Assembly (NCBI GenBank): GCA_964416445.1
Contig: CAYQEE010000001.1
Span: 1-63,811 of the forward strand
Direction of reading: 5' to 3'
Length of the DNA stretch: 63,811 nt
Source: an uncultured Gammaproteobacteria bacterium
GTDB taxonomy: Bacteria > Patescibacteriota > Microgenomatia > Levybacterales > UBA12049
Part shown: one piece after another, positions 16,714-26,263 of the stretch
How the letters are laid out: every line of letters begins with the position of its first letter
Numbering within the stretch: the stretch's first letter is position 1
Notes under the pieces: model-generated
Seen by the model: only the letters and a program-made list of their open reading frames with translations
What the model was told of the DNA's origin: nothing
Database searches by the model: none
Made by a program: the position numbers and the translations under genes

Positions 16714-19105
16714 TTATCCGGTTATTGTTTTCTTACTCATAACGATTTTATTTTTCTATAAAACATTCATTCATGGTTATATACCATTTCCCGGTGATCT
16801 TCTTACTGCCGAATATAATCCTTGGAAATATTTTTCTTTCCTTGGTTATAGTCCAGGAAGTTACCCGAATAAAGGTCAATATTTTGACGTAATTCGTCAA
16901 ATTTATCCTTGGAAAACATTCACTATTGCATCTTTCCAAAAAGGACAAATTCCTTTCTGGAATCCTTATAATTTTTCAGGTACTCCATTATTAGCAAACT
17001 TTCAATCTGCTGTTTTTTATCCATTAAATGTCTTCTATTTTCTTATGCCACAAGTATTAGCATGGTCTCTTCTCATTTTTTTACAACCATTTCTCAGTGG
17101 AATTTTTACCTATTTTTTTGCTCGAGAAAAACGAATAACTCGAATAGGCAGTTATCTCTCAGGAGTGTCTTTTGCGTTTTGCTCATTTATGACTGTATGG
17201 TTGCAATATAATACGATCGATCAAGTTATTCTTTGGTTGCCATTACAATTGTTAAGCATAGAAAAGTTATTGATAAAACGATCAATCCCATGGATGATAC
17301 TCTTTATATTCTCACTGGTTGCTGAACAATTTGGGGGACACCCACAAATATTTATTTACTCATTTATCTTTTCTATTTTTTATATGTTTCATAGAATTAT
17401 TGCAACGAAAAAGAATCTGAAGAAACAAAAAATAGTTATATTTTTTATTTTACTTTCTGTTGTTGGGCTTGGAATTGGGTCGATACAAAATCTACCGGGA
17501 TTGGCTCTGATGCAACTTTCCGCCAGAAGTGCCCATACATATGCAGATATTATGTCTAAAATTCTTATTCAACCATGGCAACTCTTGATGTTAGTCGTTC
17601 CTGATATTTTTGGAAATCCCGCAACTCGTAACTACTGGTTATCGGATACCTATATAGGAAAAGTTACTTCAGTAGGATTAATCCCCTTTATTTTTTCTTT
17701 AGTAAGCATTACACAGATGCGTAAATCGATCATACGTTTTTTTTGGGGAGCATTATTCATAACCTTACTTTTGGCTACCAATAATCCTTTAACGGAATTT
17801 TTGTATTCCTTCCAAATACCATTTCTCTCTTCAAGTGCACCAACACTTGCTATTTTTATTTTTTGTTTTTGTTTGAGTATATTAGCGGGATATGGGGTGG
17901 ACGTTTTTAGAAGCAAACGCTTTACAACATTCCAAATTATTCTCTGGCTTTCGCCTATTCTCATAATATTTCTTGTTATTTTTATTTCGATAGCTTTAGA
18001 ATCGAGATTGGGTTTTTATGCGGGAAGTGATCATGCACGTATTGCTATGCATAATACGGTGTATGTTTTTTTTGTTTATATTATCTCCATAATATTACTC
18101 ATATTTGGAATGAAAAAGAAAAAAATATTAGTTCCAATACTGATATTATTAATAGTTATTCATCTTGGAGATGCATTTAAATCTTTTGAAAAATTTAATC
18201 CATTTGTTCCTCAGCAACTCGTATTTCCTCAGAATGATCTTTTTACCTACTTACAGCAGCATGCAGGTATAAATAGAATATGGAGTTTCGGTTCTGCACA
18301 GATAGAAGCAAATGTACAAACTCACTATCAGATCTTTTCTCCGGAAGGGTATGATCCTTTATATCCCAAATATTATGGCTCGTTTATACAATCATCTCAA
18401 AATGGGCAAATTATCACCCACTTTACTGATAGAACCCGATCAGATGCGAATATTGCTCCTGCTCAGTCTGAAAATTTCATGAGAAATACTGCTCGATTAA
18501 AAGTATTAAATCTTTTAGGTGTTAAATATTTCGCGGATACTATTGCGAATGGAAGTACTCAAAATACTTTTCCTCCTAGCGAATTCAAGAATATTTACCA
18601 TATAAATCAATGGAATGTTTATCAAAACGTTCAAGCTGTACCAAGAACATTTCTTGCCACCGATTATGTAACCTATGCTTCAGCGAACGATTTCTCAAAA
18701 AAGTTTTTTGCTTCAACATTTCATCCGCAAAATACCATTTTGCTTGAAAAAAAGCTTTCAACAAAGTTGAACGCTTCGAAGAAAGAACTTTTCATAATTG
18801 ATTATTCTGCAAATAAGGTACGCCTTATGAGTAAGACGAATGGTTCTGCGTTGCTTTTTCTTTCAGATACCTATTACCCTGATTGGCAGGCAACGATTGA
18901 TGGGAAACCTGTGCAAATATTACGGGCTGATTATGCGTTTCGCGCAATTCTTGTTCCAAAAGGAAACCACCAAGTAAGCTTTACATTTTCGAGTTCATCT
19001 TTTAAGATAGGTAGTATCATCTCGTTCATGAGTATGCTCACATTGATTGCTTGGTTATTTTCTCTCTACATAGGCAATCTGGGGAAAGCATATGCTAAAA
19101 AATAA
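16694..19105 (+). CDS. YfhO family membrane glycosyltransferase (GT-C)
   Basis: YfhO hallmarks: IRQIYPWK, GQIPFWNPYNFSGTPLLANFQSAVFYPLN, about 800 aa, many TM helices, C-terminal YYPDWQATIDGKPV..RADYAFRAILVPKGNH plus a terminal TM. Confidence 0.88.
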   Translation: MKIKKTSYPVIVFLLITILFFYKTFIHGYIPFPGDLLTAEYNPWKYFSFLGYSPGSYPNKGQYFDVIRQIYPWKTFTIASFQKGQIPFWNPYNFSGTPLLANFQSAVFYPLNVFYFLMPQVLAWSLLIFLQPFLSGIFTYFFAREKRITRIGSYLSGVSFAFCSFMTVWLQYNTIDQVILWLPLQLLSIEKLLIKRSIPWMILFIFSLVAEQFGGHPQIFIYSFIFSIFYMFHRIIATKKNLKKQKIVIFFILLSVVGLGIGSIQNLPGLALMQLSARSAHTYADIMSKILIQPWQLLMLVVPDIFGNPATRNYWLSDTYIGKVTSVGLIPFIFSLVSITQMRKSIIRFFWGALFITLLLATNNPLTEFLYSFQIPFLSSSAPTLAIFIFCFCLSILAGYGVDVFRSKRFTTFQIILWLSPILIIFLVIFISIALESRLGFYAGSDHARIAMHNTVYVFFVYIISIILLIFGMKKKKILVPILILLIVIHLGDAFKSFEKFNPFVPQQLVFPQNDLFTYLQQHAGINRIWSFGSAQIEANVQTHYQIFSPEGYDPLYPKYYGSFIQSSQNGQIITHFTDRTRSDANIAPAQSENFMRNTARLKVLNLLGVKYFADTIANGSTQNTFPPSEFKNIYHINQWNVYQNVQAVPRTFLATDYVTYASANDFSKKFFASTFHPQNTILLEKKLSTKLNASKKELFIIDYSANKVRLMSKTNGSALLFLSDTYYPDWQATIDGKPVQILRADYAFRAILVPKGNHQVSFTFSSSSFKIGSIISFMSMLTLIAWLFSLYIGNLGKAYAKK

Positions 19106-20735
19106 ATACGCAGTTATTTCCATTTATTTCATTATTATTGTTCTTGCAATTTTTCTACGAGTATATCGCTTGTCTGATATTCCACCCGGTGTGAACCGAG
19201 ATGAAGCAGATATAGGTTTTACCGCAAGTTCATTGCTGCATACAGGTAAAGATGAATATGGACGCGCGTTTCCACTTTCATTTCAATCATTCGGCGATTG
19301 GAAACTTCCTATCTATATTTATGAAACAGTGATTTCAGTTTCTGTTTTTGGGTTAAACACGTTTGCGGTAAGAATTCCATCGGCGATTGCTGGAATTATT
19401 ACTGTCGCACTTGCATTCTTTCTTTTTCAAGAATTATTTCATAAAAAGAAACTATCTTTGCTTGCTATGCTGCTTTTTGCAATTGCTCCTTGGAGTTTGC
19501 ATTTATCTCGTGTTGAATCTGAATCAAATACCGCTGTATTATTTGTAGTTTTAGGCACCTTATTATTTATGAAAGCTCGAAAAGGAAAGTCATGGATGTT
19601 TATTCCTGCGGCTATTTTGTTTTCCTTAACATATTTTACTTATGCGGGGAATTATATCTTTACAACGCTCTATGTGATAGGACTTGCTCTTTTTTATTAT
19701 AAAGATATTCCTAAAACAAAATATTTATTAAGCGCGGTGGGAATTTTTATTATTATGAGTATTTTTATTGGAGTTGTGACTTTAGGTGCTAATCATACAA
19801 AACTTGCAGGGATAGGTATTCTGAGTGATCCTTCAATTGTTCATGCAAAAATAGAGATACCTCGAAACGAACATACAAATCCAAATTCGTTTCTCGCGAG
19901 ACTGGTAAATAATCGAGTAGTATTTGTTGGCGAACGGTTTCTTCAGAATTATATAAATTCATATTCTGCGAATTTTTTGTTTATTAATGGAGGAACAAAT
20001 CATGCACATAACATTGAAAATTTCGGCAATATGTATCTTATTGAATCAATCTTTCTTTTTTTAGGATTAGTTTTTTTAATAACGCTGCAGAGAGGTACAG
20101 GGAGAAAATTAGTATTGTGGTGGTTTTTTATAGCACCTTTAGCAGCAAGTATCACAAAAGATGCTCCTCATACAAATAGAACCGCCGCTATTATTCCCAT
20201 GCTTCCTCTCATAGTGGCATTTGGAATTTTTTGGTTTGTCTCGTTCACGAAGAAAAGATATCTGCAGTACCTTTTCAGTGGAATTATTGTATTGTTGTTT
20301 TTTGTCAATTTTTGTATATATCTAGATCAATATTATGTTCTTTTTCCAAGAAATGAAGCGCAATATTGGGGAAAGCCATATCAAGACCTCAGTGTAATAC
20401 TCTCGAAATCTAAGTACAGTAAAAAGCATATCATCATGAGTCAACCTGAAACGTCTCCCTATATTTATTTGATGTTTTATGAAAATTATGATCCAAAATC
20501 TTTTCAGCATTCTGTCGTTCGCTACCCAATAACTTCTGATGGTTTTATTAACGTTAAATCATTTGGCAGATACGAATTTCGAACCATAGACTGGACAAAA
20601 GATCTTCATACTTCGAATAATTTACTGATCGATGTTACAGAAAATGTTTCGCAGTCAATACGGAATGATTATAAAACAACAGATATTATACTTCCTTCTC
20701 AACAACAAATATTTACTATCGTGGAAACAAAATGA
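19092..20735 (+). CDS. PMT/ArnT-like (PMT_2-type, GT39-like) GT-C membrane glycosyltransferase
   Basis: PPGVNRDEADIGFTASSLLHTGKDEYGRAFPL..FGDWKLPIYIY after TM1; APHTNRTAAIIPMLP motif; paralog of 58503, 60191 and 61987. Confidence 0.8.
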   Translation: MLKNKYAVISIYFIIIVLAIFLRVYRLSDIPPGVNRDEADIGFTASSLLHTGKDEYGRAFPLSFQSFGDWKLPIYIYETVISVSVFGLNTFAVRIPSAIAGIITVALAFFLFQELFHKKKLSLLAMLLFAIAPWSLHLSRVESESNTAVLFVVLGTLLFMKARKGKSWMFIPAAILFSLTYFTYAGNYIFTTLYVIGLALFYYKDIPKTKYLLSAVGIFIIMSIFIGVVTLGANHTKLAGIGILSDPSIVHAKIEIPRNEHTNPNSFLARLVNNRVVFVGERFLQNYINSYSANFLFINGGTNHAHNIENFGNMYLIESIFLFLGLVFLITLQRGTGRKLVLWWFFIAPLAASITKDAPHTNRTAAIIPMLPLIVAFGIFWFVSFTKKRYLQYLFSGIIVLLFFVNFCIYLDQYYVLFPRNEAQYWGKPYQDLSVILSKSKYSKKHIIMSQPETSPYIYLMFYENYDPKSFQHSVVRYPITSDGFINVKSFGRYEFRTIDWTKDLHTSNNLLIDVTENVSQSIRNDYKTTDIILPSQQQIFTIVETK

Positions 20736-22261
20736 AAAAAGCACTCATACCGATATTCCTTTTTCTTCTCATTGTTCCGGGAATAGGAGCTCTCATACAC
20801 CCAGGTTTTTTCCCAACGGATGATGGTAATTGGATGATTATACGCTTCTCAGCATTTTATGAGGCATTTCGACATGGGCAATTTCCGGTACGGTTTCTTC
20901 CTCGTCTCAATTCTGAATATGGATATCCTGTTGCTGATTTCTTATATCCTTTATTTATGTATATTGGAATTCCTATTCATATACTTGGAGTTAATTTTGT
21001 TAACACCATTAAAATTATATTTGCCATTAGTTTATTATTATCAGGGTTATTTAGTTATTTTTGGCTCAAAAAAATATTTTCGCAAGCTTCAGCTTTTGCT
21101 GGCGCCCTTGCTTATGCATTATTTCCATATCATCTTTGGGATATCTATACTAGAGGTTCTGTTGGAGAAATACTTGCATTAGCAATTGTCCCGTTTATTT
21201 TGTGGCAAATTGAAAGAAGAAGCATTGCATTAATTAGTTTTGGTATTGCATTACTCATTCTTGCTCATAACGTCATTGCGCTCCTTTGTCTTCCCATAAT
21301 TTTTCTCTATATGTTCTTTTCGAAATATTATTCTGCAAAACAAATAGTAATAGTGTTTTTTATGGGACTTGGTGCATCAGTATTTTTCTGGTTTCCTGCG
21401 TTATTTGATAAACAATATACAGTATTTGATAAAACGATTGTATCTCATTTTGCAGATTATTTTATTTATCCGGTTCATTATCCTTTATATGGATATGTTT
21501 CTGTGGTTGCTATACCAGTAAGTATCTACGGTTTGTGGAAACAAAAAAAAATGTCATACTGGTTTATTTGGATTGGAACAATTCTCTCTATTTTTGTTAC
21601 TTTACCAATTTCTTATTTGTTATGGAAAGTTATCCCAGGAACTAATTTAATTCAATTTCCTTTTAGAATTTTATCCTTAACAATGCTTGGAATAGCTTTT
21701 TTGGTTGCTCTCTGTGTTAATATTTTTCGTTATCATTATAAATGGGTATTTTCATTTCTCTTTATTATTATTACCTATGTTTCAGCTATCCCTTTATTTA
21801 ATGCAGTAACTCATGAGGTATATCCCGATAGTTACTATTCGACAAATGTAGATACAACAACGGTGCAAAATGAATATATGCCGATTTGGGTTCATAAAGT
21901 TCCTTTGAATCTGCCAAATGAAAAGGTTTTTATAGCAAATGGCCATGGCAGTCTCAGTAATATCTTCTCCAATGGAAATGATATTCAATTTACAGCCAAT
22001 TTAGAAACACAGAGTATAATCCAGATAAATACGCTTTATTTCCCTGGGTGGATTGCCTCTATTGATCGGAAACGTACAAGAATAAATGCAACTAATGCAT
22101 TAGGTGTCATACAATTATTAGTTCCACAAGGAATACATACCATCGTAGTGAAGTTCACGGAAACGACTATACGATTAATCGCTGATTGTATTTCCCTTTT
22201 TTCAGGCATTTTGCTAGTATTTTTCTTATTCAAGGGAAGGAAAAAACATGAAATTTCTTAG
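20732..22261 (+). CDS. 'PTPS-related' family polytopic membrane protein (GT-C-like)
   Basis: HPGFFPTDDGNWMIIRFSAFYEAFRHGQFPVRFLPRLNSEYGYPVADFLYP; C-terminal LYFPGWIASIDRK...VPQGIH plus a terminal TM; ATGA overlap upstream. Confidence 0.65.
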   Translation: MKKALIPIFLFLLIVPGIGALIHPGFFPTDDGNWMIIRFSAFYEAFRHGQFPVRFLPRLNSEYGYPVADFLYPLFMYIGIPIHILGVNFVNTIKIIFAISLLLSGLFSYFWLKKIFSQASAFAGALAYALFPYHLWDIYTRGSVGEILALAIVPFILWQIERRSIALISFGIALLILAHNVIALLCLPIIFLYMFFSKYYSAKQIVIVFFMGLGASVFFWFPALFDKQYTVFDKTIVSHFADYFIYPVHYPLYGYVSVVAIPVSIYGLWKQKKMSYWFIWIGTILSIFVTLPISYLLWKVIPGTNLIQFPFRILSLTMLGIAFLVALCVNIFRYHYKWVFSFLFIIITYVSAIPLFNAVTHEVYPDSYYSTNVDTTTVQNEYMPIWVHKVPLNLPNEKVFIANGHGSLSNIFSNGNDIQFTANLETQSIIQINTLYFPGWIASIDRKRTRINATNALGVIQLLVPQGIHTIVVKFTETTIRLIADCISLFSGILLVFFLFKGRKKHEIS

Positions 22262-23975
22262 AAAATATGTACCGTATTACGGATTAATTATCGTAATTAT
22301 TTTCTCTATCTGGGCTATTAAACCGTTGTTTAATCCTGGATTTTTCCCAACGCATGACGATACGCAACCAACGAGAATTTTCGAAATGGCAAAAGCGCTC
22401 CGTGATGGGTTATTTCCTGTTCGATGGGTAAATGATTTAGGGTATGGATATGGATATCCTATTTTTAATTTTTATGCTCCGCTTGCATATTATGCCGGTG
22501 CCCTTTTTATGTCACTTGGCATGCACGCATTACTTGCAACAAAATTCACTTTTGGAGTAGGCATTATTCTTGCAGGAATAACTATGTACTTTTTAGGAAA
22601 ATCTCTCTGGGGTGAAATTGGTGGAATTGTGAGTGGCATTTTTTATCAATATGCGCTTTATCATGCAGTAGATATCTATGTCCGCGGTGACCTTGCGGAA
22701 TTTTGGGCATATGCTTTGACTCCATTAGCATTTTATGGATTATATAAAGTTTTTATTCATATCAAAGAGAGAAAGAAACGATGGTATGCATTGAGTCTTG
22801 GAGCATTAGGATTAGCTGGAGTTTTCCTTTCTCATAATTTATCAGCAGTAATAGTGATGTTGTATGTGATTCCATTTTGTATTGTGCTCATTATATGTTC
22901 AGGTCTTCATGATAAAACAAAAACAGCATGGTACCTTTTTCTCACGATTCTCTTTGCGATACTCCTTTCTTCTTTTTATATATTTCCTGTTCCATTTGAG
23001 ATGAAATTTACCAATGTACTTTCCCAAGTAGGAGGTACGTCAGATTACCATAATCATTTTGTTTGTCTTTCTCAATTTTGGTATAGCCCATGGGGTTATG
23101 GTGGCTCAGTACCTGGTTGTATTGATGGATTATCATTTATGCTTGGAAAATTGTCGCTGTTTTTTTCTCTTCTCGGAATTCTTTGTAGTGTGATGCTTTG
23201 GAAAAAGCGAAAATATGAGGCAATTATTCTCCTAGGAGCCGGCTTTGGATGGGTTACATCACTTTGGCTTACTACCGCTTCCTCAGAATTCATTTGGCAT
23301 ATTATTCCTTTTTTGTCATTTCTCCAATATCCCTGGAGATTTCTTATGATGACATCATTTTTTTGTGCAATTCTGAGTGGAGGAGTTTTGCATACTGTTT
23401 CTCTTTATTTAAAAAAATCTATAATTTTATTTTCTCTGGTACTTGTTATTTGTGTTTTACTTATACTTTTGCAAGGGAAATATTTTACTCCTCAGTATTA
23501 TAAAAAAATAACATCAGCTGACTATACGAATACTGATGTTATCAGATGGAAAATTTCAAAGATTTCAGACGAATATCTGCCGAAAAATTTTCTTAAACCA
23601 AAATCAAATGCTCTCGTAATTCCGTATCCCTTTTTAATTTTTCCACCTGCAGGTGTTACGCTGTCTGAAAAAGATACAACAGGTGAGAAGCAAGCACGAA
23701 TCAAAGGATTTGAAGATGCATATCTCGTGTTAGGACTAGCATATTTTCCTGCCTGGCATTATTATATTGATGAGAAACCTGCAATAATACAAAATCATTC
23801 TGGAAAAGTGCTTATTCAAGTGCCAAAAGGTACCCACATCTTAACCCTAAAGTTTCAGCAAACTCCGATTGAAATTATTGGTAACGTGCTTTCTCTTACT
23901 GGTTTGTTGGGTATACTTCTTGGTATAATGCTTTTCAGAGAGAAGAAAAAGCTTCATGAAAAAGCATACCGTTGA
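22248..23975 (+). CDS. 'PTPS-related' family polytopic membrane protein (GT-C-like)
   Basis: NPGFFPTHDDTQPTRIFEMAKALRDGLFPVRWVNDLGYGYGYPIFNFYAP; C-terminal AYFPAWHYYIDEKP...VPKGTH plus a terminal TM; 14-nt overlap upstream. Confidence 0.65.
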   Translation: MKFLRKYVPYYGLIIVIIFSIWAIKPLFNPGFFPTHDDTQPTRIFEMAKALRDGLFPVRWVNDLGYGYGYPIFNFYAPLAYYAGALFMSLGMHALLATKFTFGVGIILAGITMYFLGKSLWGEIGGIVSGIFYQYALYHAVDIYVRGDLAEFWAYALTPLAFYGLYKVFIHIKERKKRWYALSLGALGLAGVFLSHNLSAVIVMLYVIPFCIVLIICSGLHDKTKTAWYLFLTILFAILLSSFYIFPVPFEMKFTNVLSQVGGTSDYHNHFVCLSQFWYSPWGYGGSVPGCIDGLSFMLGKLSLFFSLLGILCSVMLWKKRKYEAIILLGAGFGWVTSLWLTTASSEFIWHIIPFLSFLQYPWRFLMMTSFFCAILSGGVLHTVSLYLKKSIILFSLVLVICVLLILLQGKYFTPQYYKKITSADYTNTDVIRWKISKISDEYLPKNFLKPKSNALVIPYPFLIFPPAGVTLSEKDTTGEKQARIKGFEDAYLVLGLAYFPAWHYYIDEKPAIIQNHSGKVLIQVPKGTHILTLKFQQTPIEIIGNVLSLTGLLGILLGIMLFREKKKLHEKAYR

Positions 23976-24696
23976 AATTACTGTTCCTGTTTATAACGAA
24001 GAGTTGGAGTTAGAGAAGCATATTACAATGCTTTATCACTATTGTATGGCCAATTTGAATCACTATGATTGGCATATTACTATAGCCGATAACGCTTCTG
24101 TCGATAATACCCCTGTAATTGGTGCTAATCTCCAAAAAAGATATCCGCAAATAAGCTTATTTCGTCTCGAGCAAAAAGGAAGAGGAAGAGCGGTAAAGCG
24201 CGTATGGAGTACGAGACATGCTGATTTCAGCGTATATATGGATTTAGATCTTTCAACTGATTTGGTGCATTTACAAAACTTACTTCGTGCGTTAGAAGAT
24301 AAGTATGATATTGCGATAGGTTCACGACTTGCGAGAGGAGCAAAAGTAGAAGGAAGATCGCTGATTCGTGAAGTTACTTCTCGAGCATTAAATTTCTTTT
24401 TTATCCAATTTTTTTTTCATACTCATTTTACCGATGCACAATGTGGGTTTAAAGCGGTAACAAGTTCAGTTGTTGATAATCTTATTCCAAAAATTCGCGA
24501 TAATGAGTGGTTTTTTGATGGAGAGTTATTGATCGTTGGAGAGAAAATGGGATATAAAATATATGAAGAACCTGTACATTGGATAGATAATCCTGGATCG
24601 ACAGTGCGGCTTATCTCGACAATAACGGGAGATTTAAAAGTTATTTGGAGATTGTTTAAAGAGAAACCATGGAAACAAATCCGAAAAAATGCGTAA
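23956..24696 (+). CDS. GT2 glycosyltransferase, DPM1/CsbB-like polyprenyl-phosphate sugar synthase
   Basis: EITVPVYNEE, TIADNASVDNT, YMDLDLSTD (DxD), AQCGFKAV; ~246 aa. Confidence 0.85.
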   Translation: MKKHTVEITVPVYNEELELEKHITMLYHYCMANLNHYDWHITIADNASVDNTPVIGANLQKRYPQISLFRLEQKGRGRAVKRVWSTRHADFSVYMDLDLSTDLVHLQNLLRALEDKYDIAIGSRLARGAKVEGRSLIREVTSRALNFFFIQFFFHTHFTDAQCGFKAVTSSVVDNLIPKIRDNEWFFDGELLIVGEKMGYKIYEEPVHWIDNPGSTVRLISTITGDLKVIWRLFKEKPWKQIRKNA

Positions 24697-24702
24697 ATTG
24701 TT

Positions 24703-26166
24703 ATGGAAGACTTAGATATTTCAGCAATTACTCAACGTTCAGTTAAAGGTATTTTTGCATTAGTTTCCCGGACATTTTTTATTAAAGTTGTTAGCGTTGT
24801 TGTTGGATTTATTCTTTATATATTTTTGACTCCATCGCAAACAGGTGTATTTCTCGTCGTTTCCGCTGTCATTGCATTTCTTCAATATTTTTCGGATATT
24901 GGTTTAGCAGGAGCGCTTATTCAAAAGAAAGAAGCAATTACCCAAGAGGATTTGGAAACAACGTTTACTATTCAACAAGGGTTAGTTATTTCGGGATGTT
25001 TCATTGTCTTATTTCTTTCTTCGGTAATAGGCAAATTTTATAAACTTGATCAAGTTGGAATGTACCTTTTCTATTCCTTAGTAATATCTTTTTTTCTTTC
25101 TTCATTAAAAACAATCCCTTCGATACTATTAGAAAGAGATTTGCGATTTGATAAATTAGTTATTCCTGAAATTGTTGAAACTTTAGTGTTTAATCTTGTT
25201 ATTCTTGTGTGTGCTATTAAAGGAATGGGAGTAATGAGTTTTGCATTTGGTGTCTTGGCAAGGGGGGTATTAGGGCTAATTACTATATATTTGATAAAAC
25301 CTTGGCGGATCAAATTGGGGTTCTCTCGATCAGTTGCAAAAAAACTTCTTTCTTTTGGAATTCCGTTTCAAGCGAACAGTATGCTTGCATTAATTAAAGA
25401 TGATGCAATGATTGCCTATATTGGAAAAATGCTTCCGCTAACGCAGGTGGGATATATTGGTTTTGCGCAGAAATGGGCAATGGCTCCTCTACAACTTATT
25501 ATGAACAATGTCATTCGTATTACCTTTCCTTCATTTTCTCGTCTGCAACACGATGAAGAATATTTAGGGGTAGCTCTCGAAAAATCACTTTTTGTCCTAT
25601 CATTTCTTATTTTTCCATCATTAGTTGGGTTAGCAATACTCTTTCCCTATTTTATTCAGTTTGTACCACGTTACCAAAAGTGGCAACCAGCATTACTATC
25701 ACTGACTTTTTTTACAGTTAATGCAGGATTTTCTTCTATTTCGACACCTTTAACAAATGCACTGAATGCAATTGGAAAAATCAAAATATCACTATATTTT
25801 ATGATTTTCTGGACTATTGCTACGTGGGTAATAACACCATTATTTCTTCTATGGTTTGGTTTTAACGGTTTTGCCGCAGCCTCGGCTGTTATTGCAACCT
25901 CAGTAGTTATTGTTGTTTACATCACGAAGAAATATATACGATTTTCAATTGTAAAAACAACATTTGCCCCACTGATTGCCTCAGCTCTTATGGGAATTCT
26001 TGTTTATTGTCTCTCACTCGTTTTAGTAAGGAATATTATCACGCTTTGTTTTGTTATTTGTATCGGGGCGGTAGTTTACGGTATCCTCATGTTCCTCTTA
26101 GCAAAAAAACAATTGCTTGCTGATTTCGCTATGATACGAAAACAGTTTGAAAATAAGGAAAGGTAA
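24703..26166 (+). CDS. Wzx-like oligosaccharide flippase (MOP superfamily polysaccharide biosynthesis protein)
   Basis: ~487 aa with ~12-14 TM helices; N-terminal SVKGIFALVSRTF..KVVSVVVGFIL and FSDIGLAGALIQKKE, typical of Wzx/RfbX-type proteins. Confidence 0.8.
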   Translation: MEDLDISAITQRSVKGIFALVSRTFFIKVVSVVVGFILYIFLTPSQTGVFLVVSAVIAFLQYFSDIGLAGALIQKKEAITQEDLETTFTIQQGLVISGCFIVLFLSSVIGKFYKLDQVGMYLFYSLVISFFLSSLKTIPSILLERDLRFDKLVIPEIVETLVFNLVILVCAIKGMGVMSFAFGVLARGVLGLITIYLIKPWRIKLGFSRSVAKKLLSFGIPFQANSMLALIKDDAMIAYIGKMLPLTQVGYIGFAQKWAMAPLQLIMNNVIRITFPSFSRLQHDEEYLGVALEKSLFVLSFLIFPSLVGLAILFPYFIQFVPRYQKWQPALLSLTFFTVNAGFSSISTPLTNALNAIGKIKISLYFMIFWTIATWVITPLFLLWFGFNGFAAASAVIATSVVIVVYITKKYIRFSIVKTTFAPLIASALMGILVYCLSLVLVRNIITLCFVICIGAVVYGILMFLLAKKQLLADFAMIRKQFENKER

Positions 26167-26234
26167 TTTTGATTACATAAAATTACCTAAAAGTCCTCTG
26201 AAACATATCTCTTTGCGCTTTCTTTTTGTACTTT

Positions 26235-26243
26235 TGCTATAAT
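26235..26243 (+). promoter_or_regulatory. Extended -10 (TGCTATAAT) upstream of the GT2 cluster
   Basis: TGCTATAAT at 26235-26243; ATG at 26264 is 20 nt downstream; short SD-less 5' UTR. Confidence 0.4.
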
Positions 26244-26263
26244 TTTACTGTACGGTAAACACT

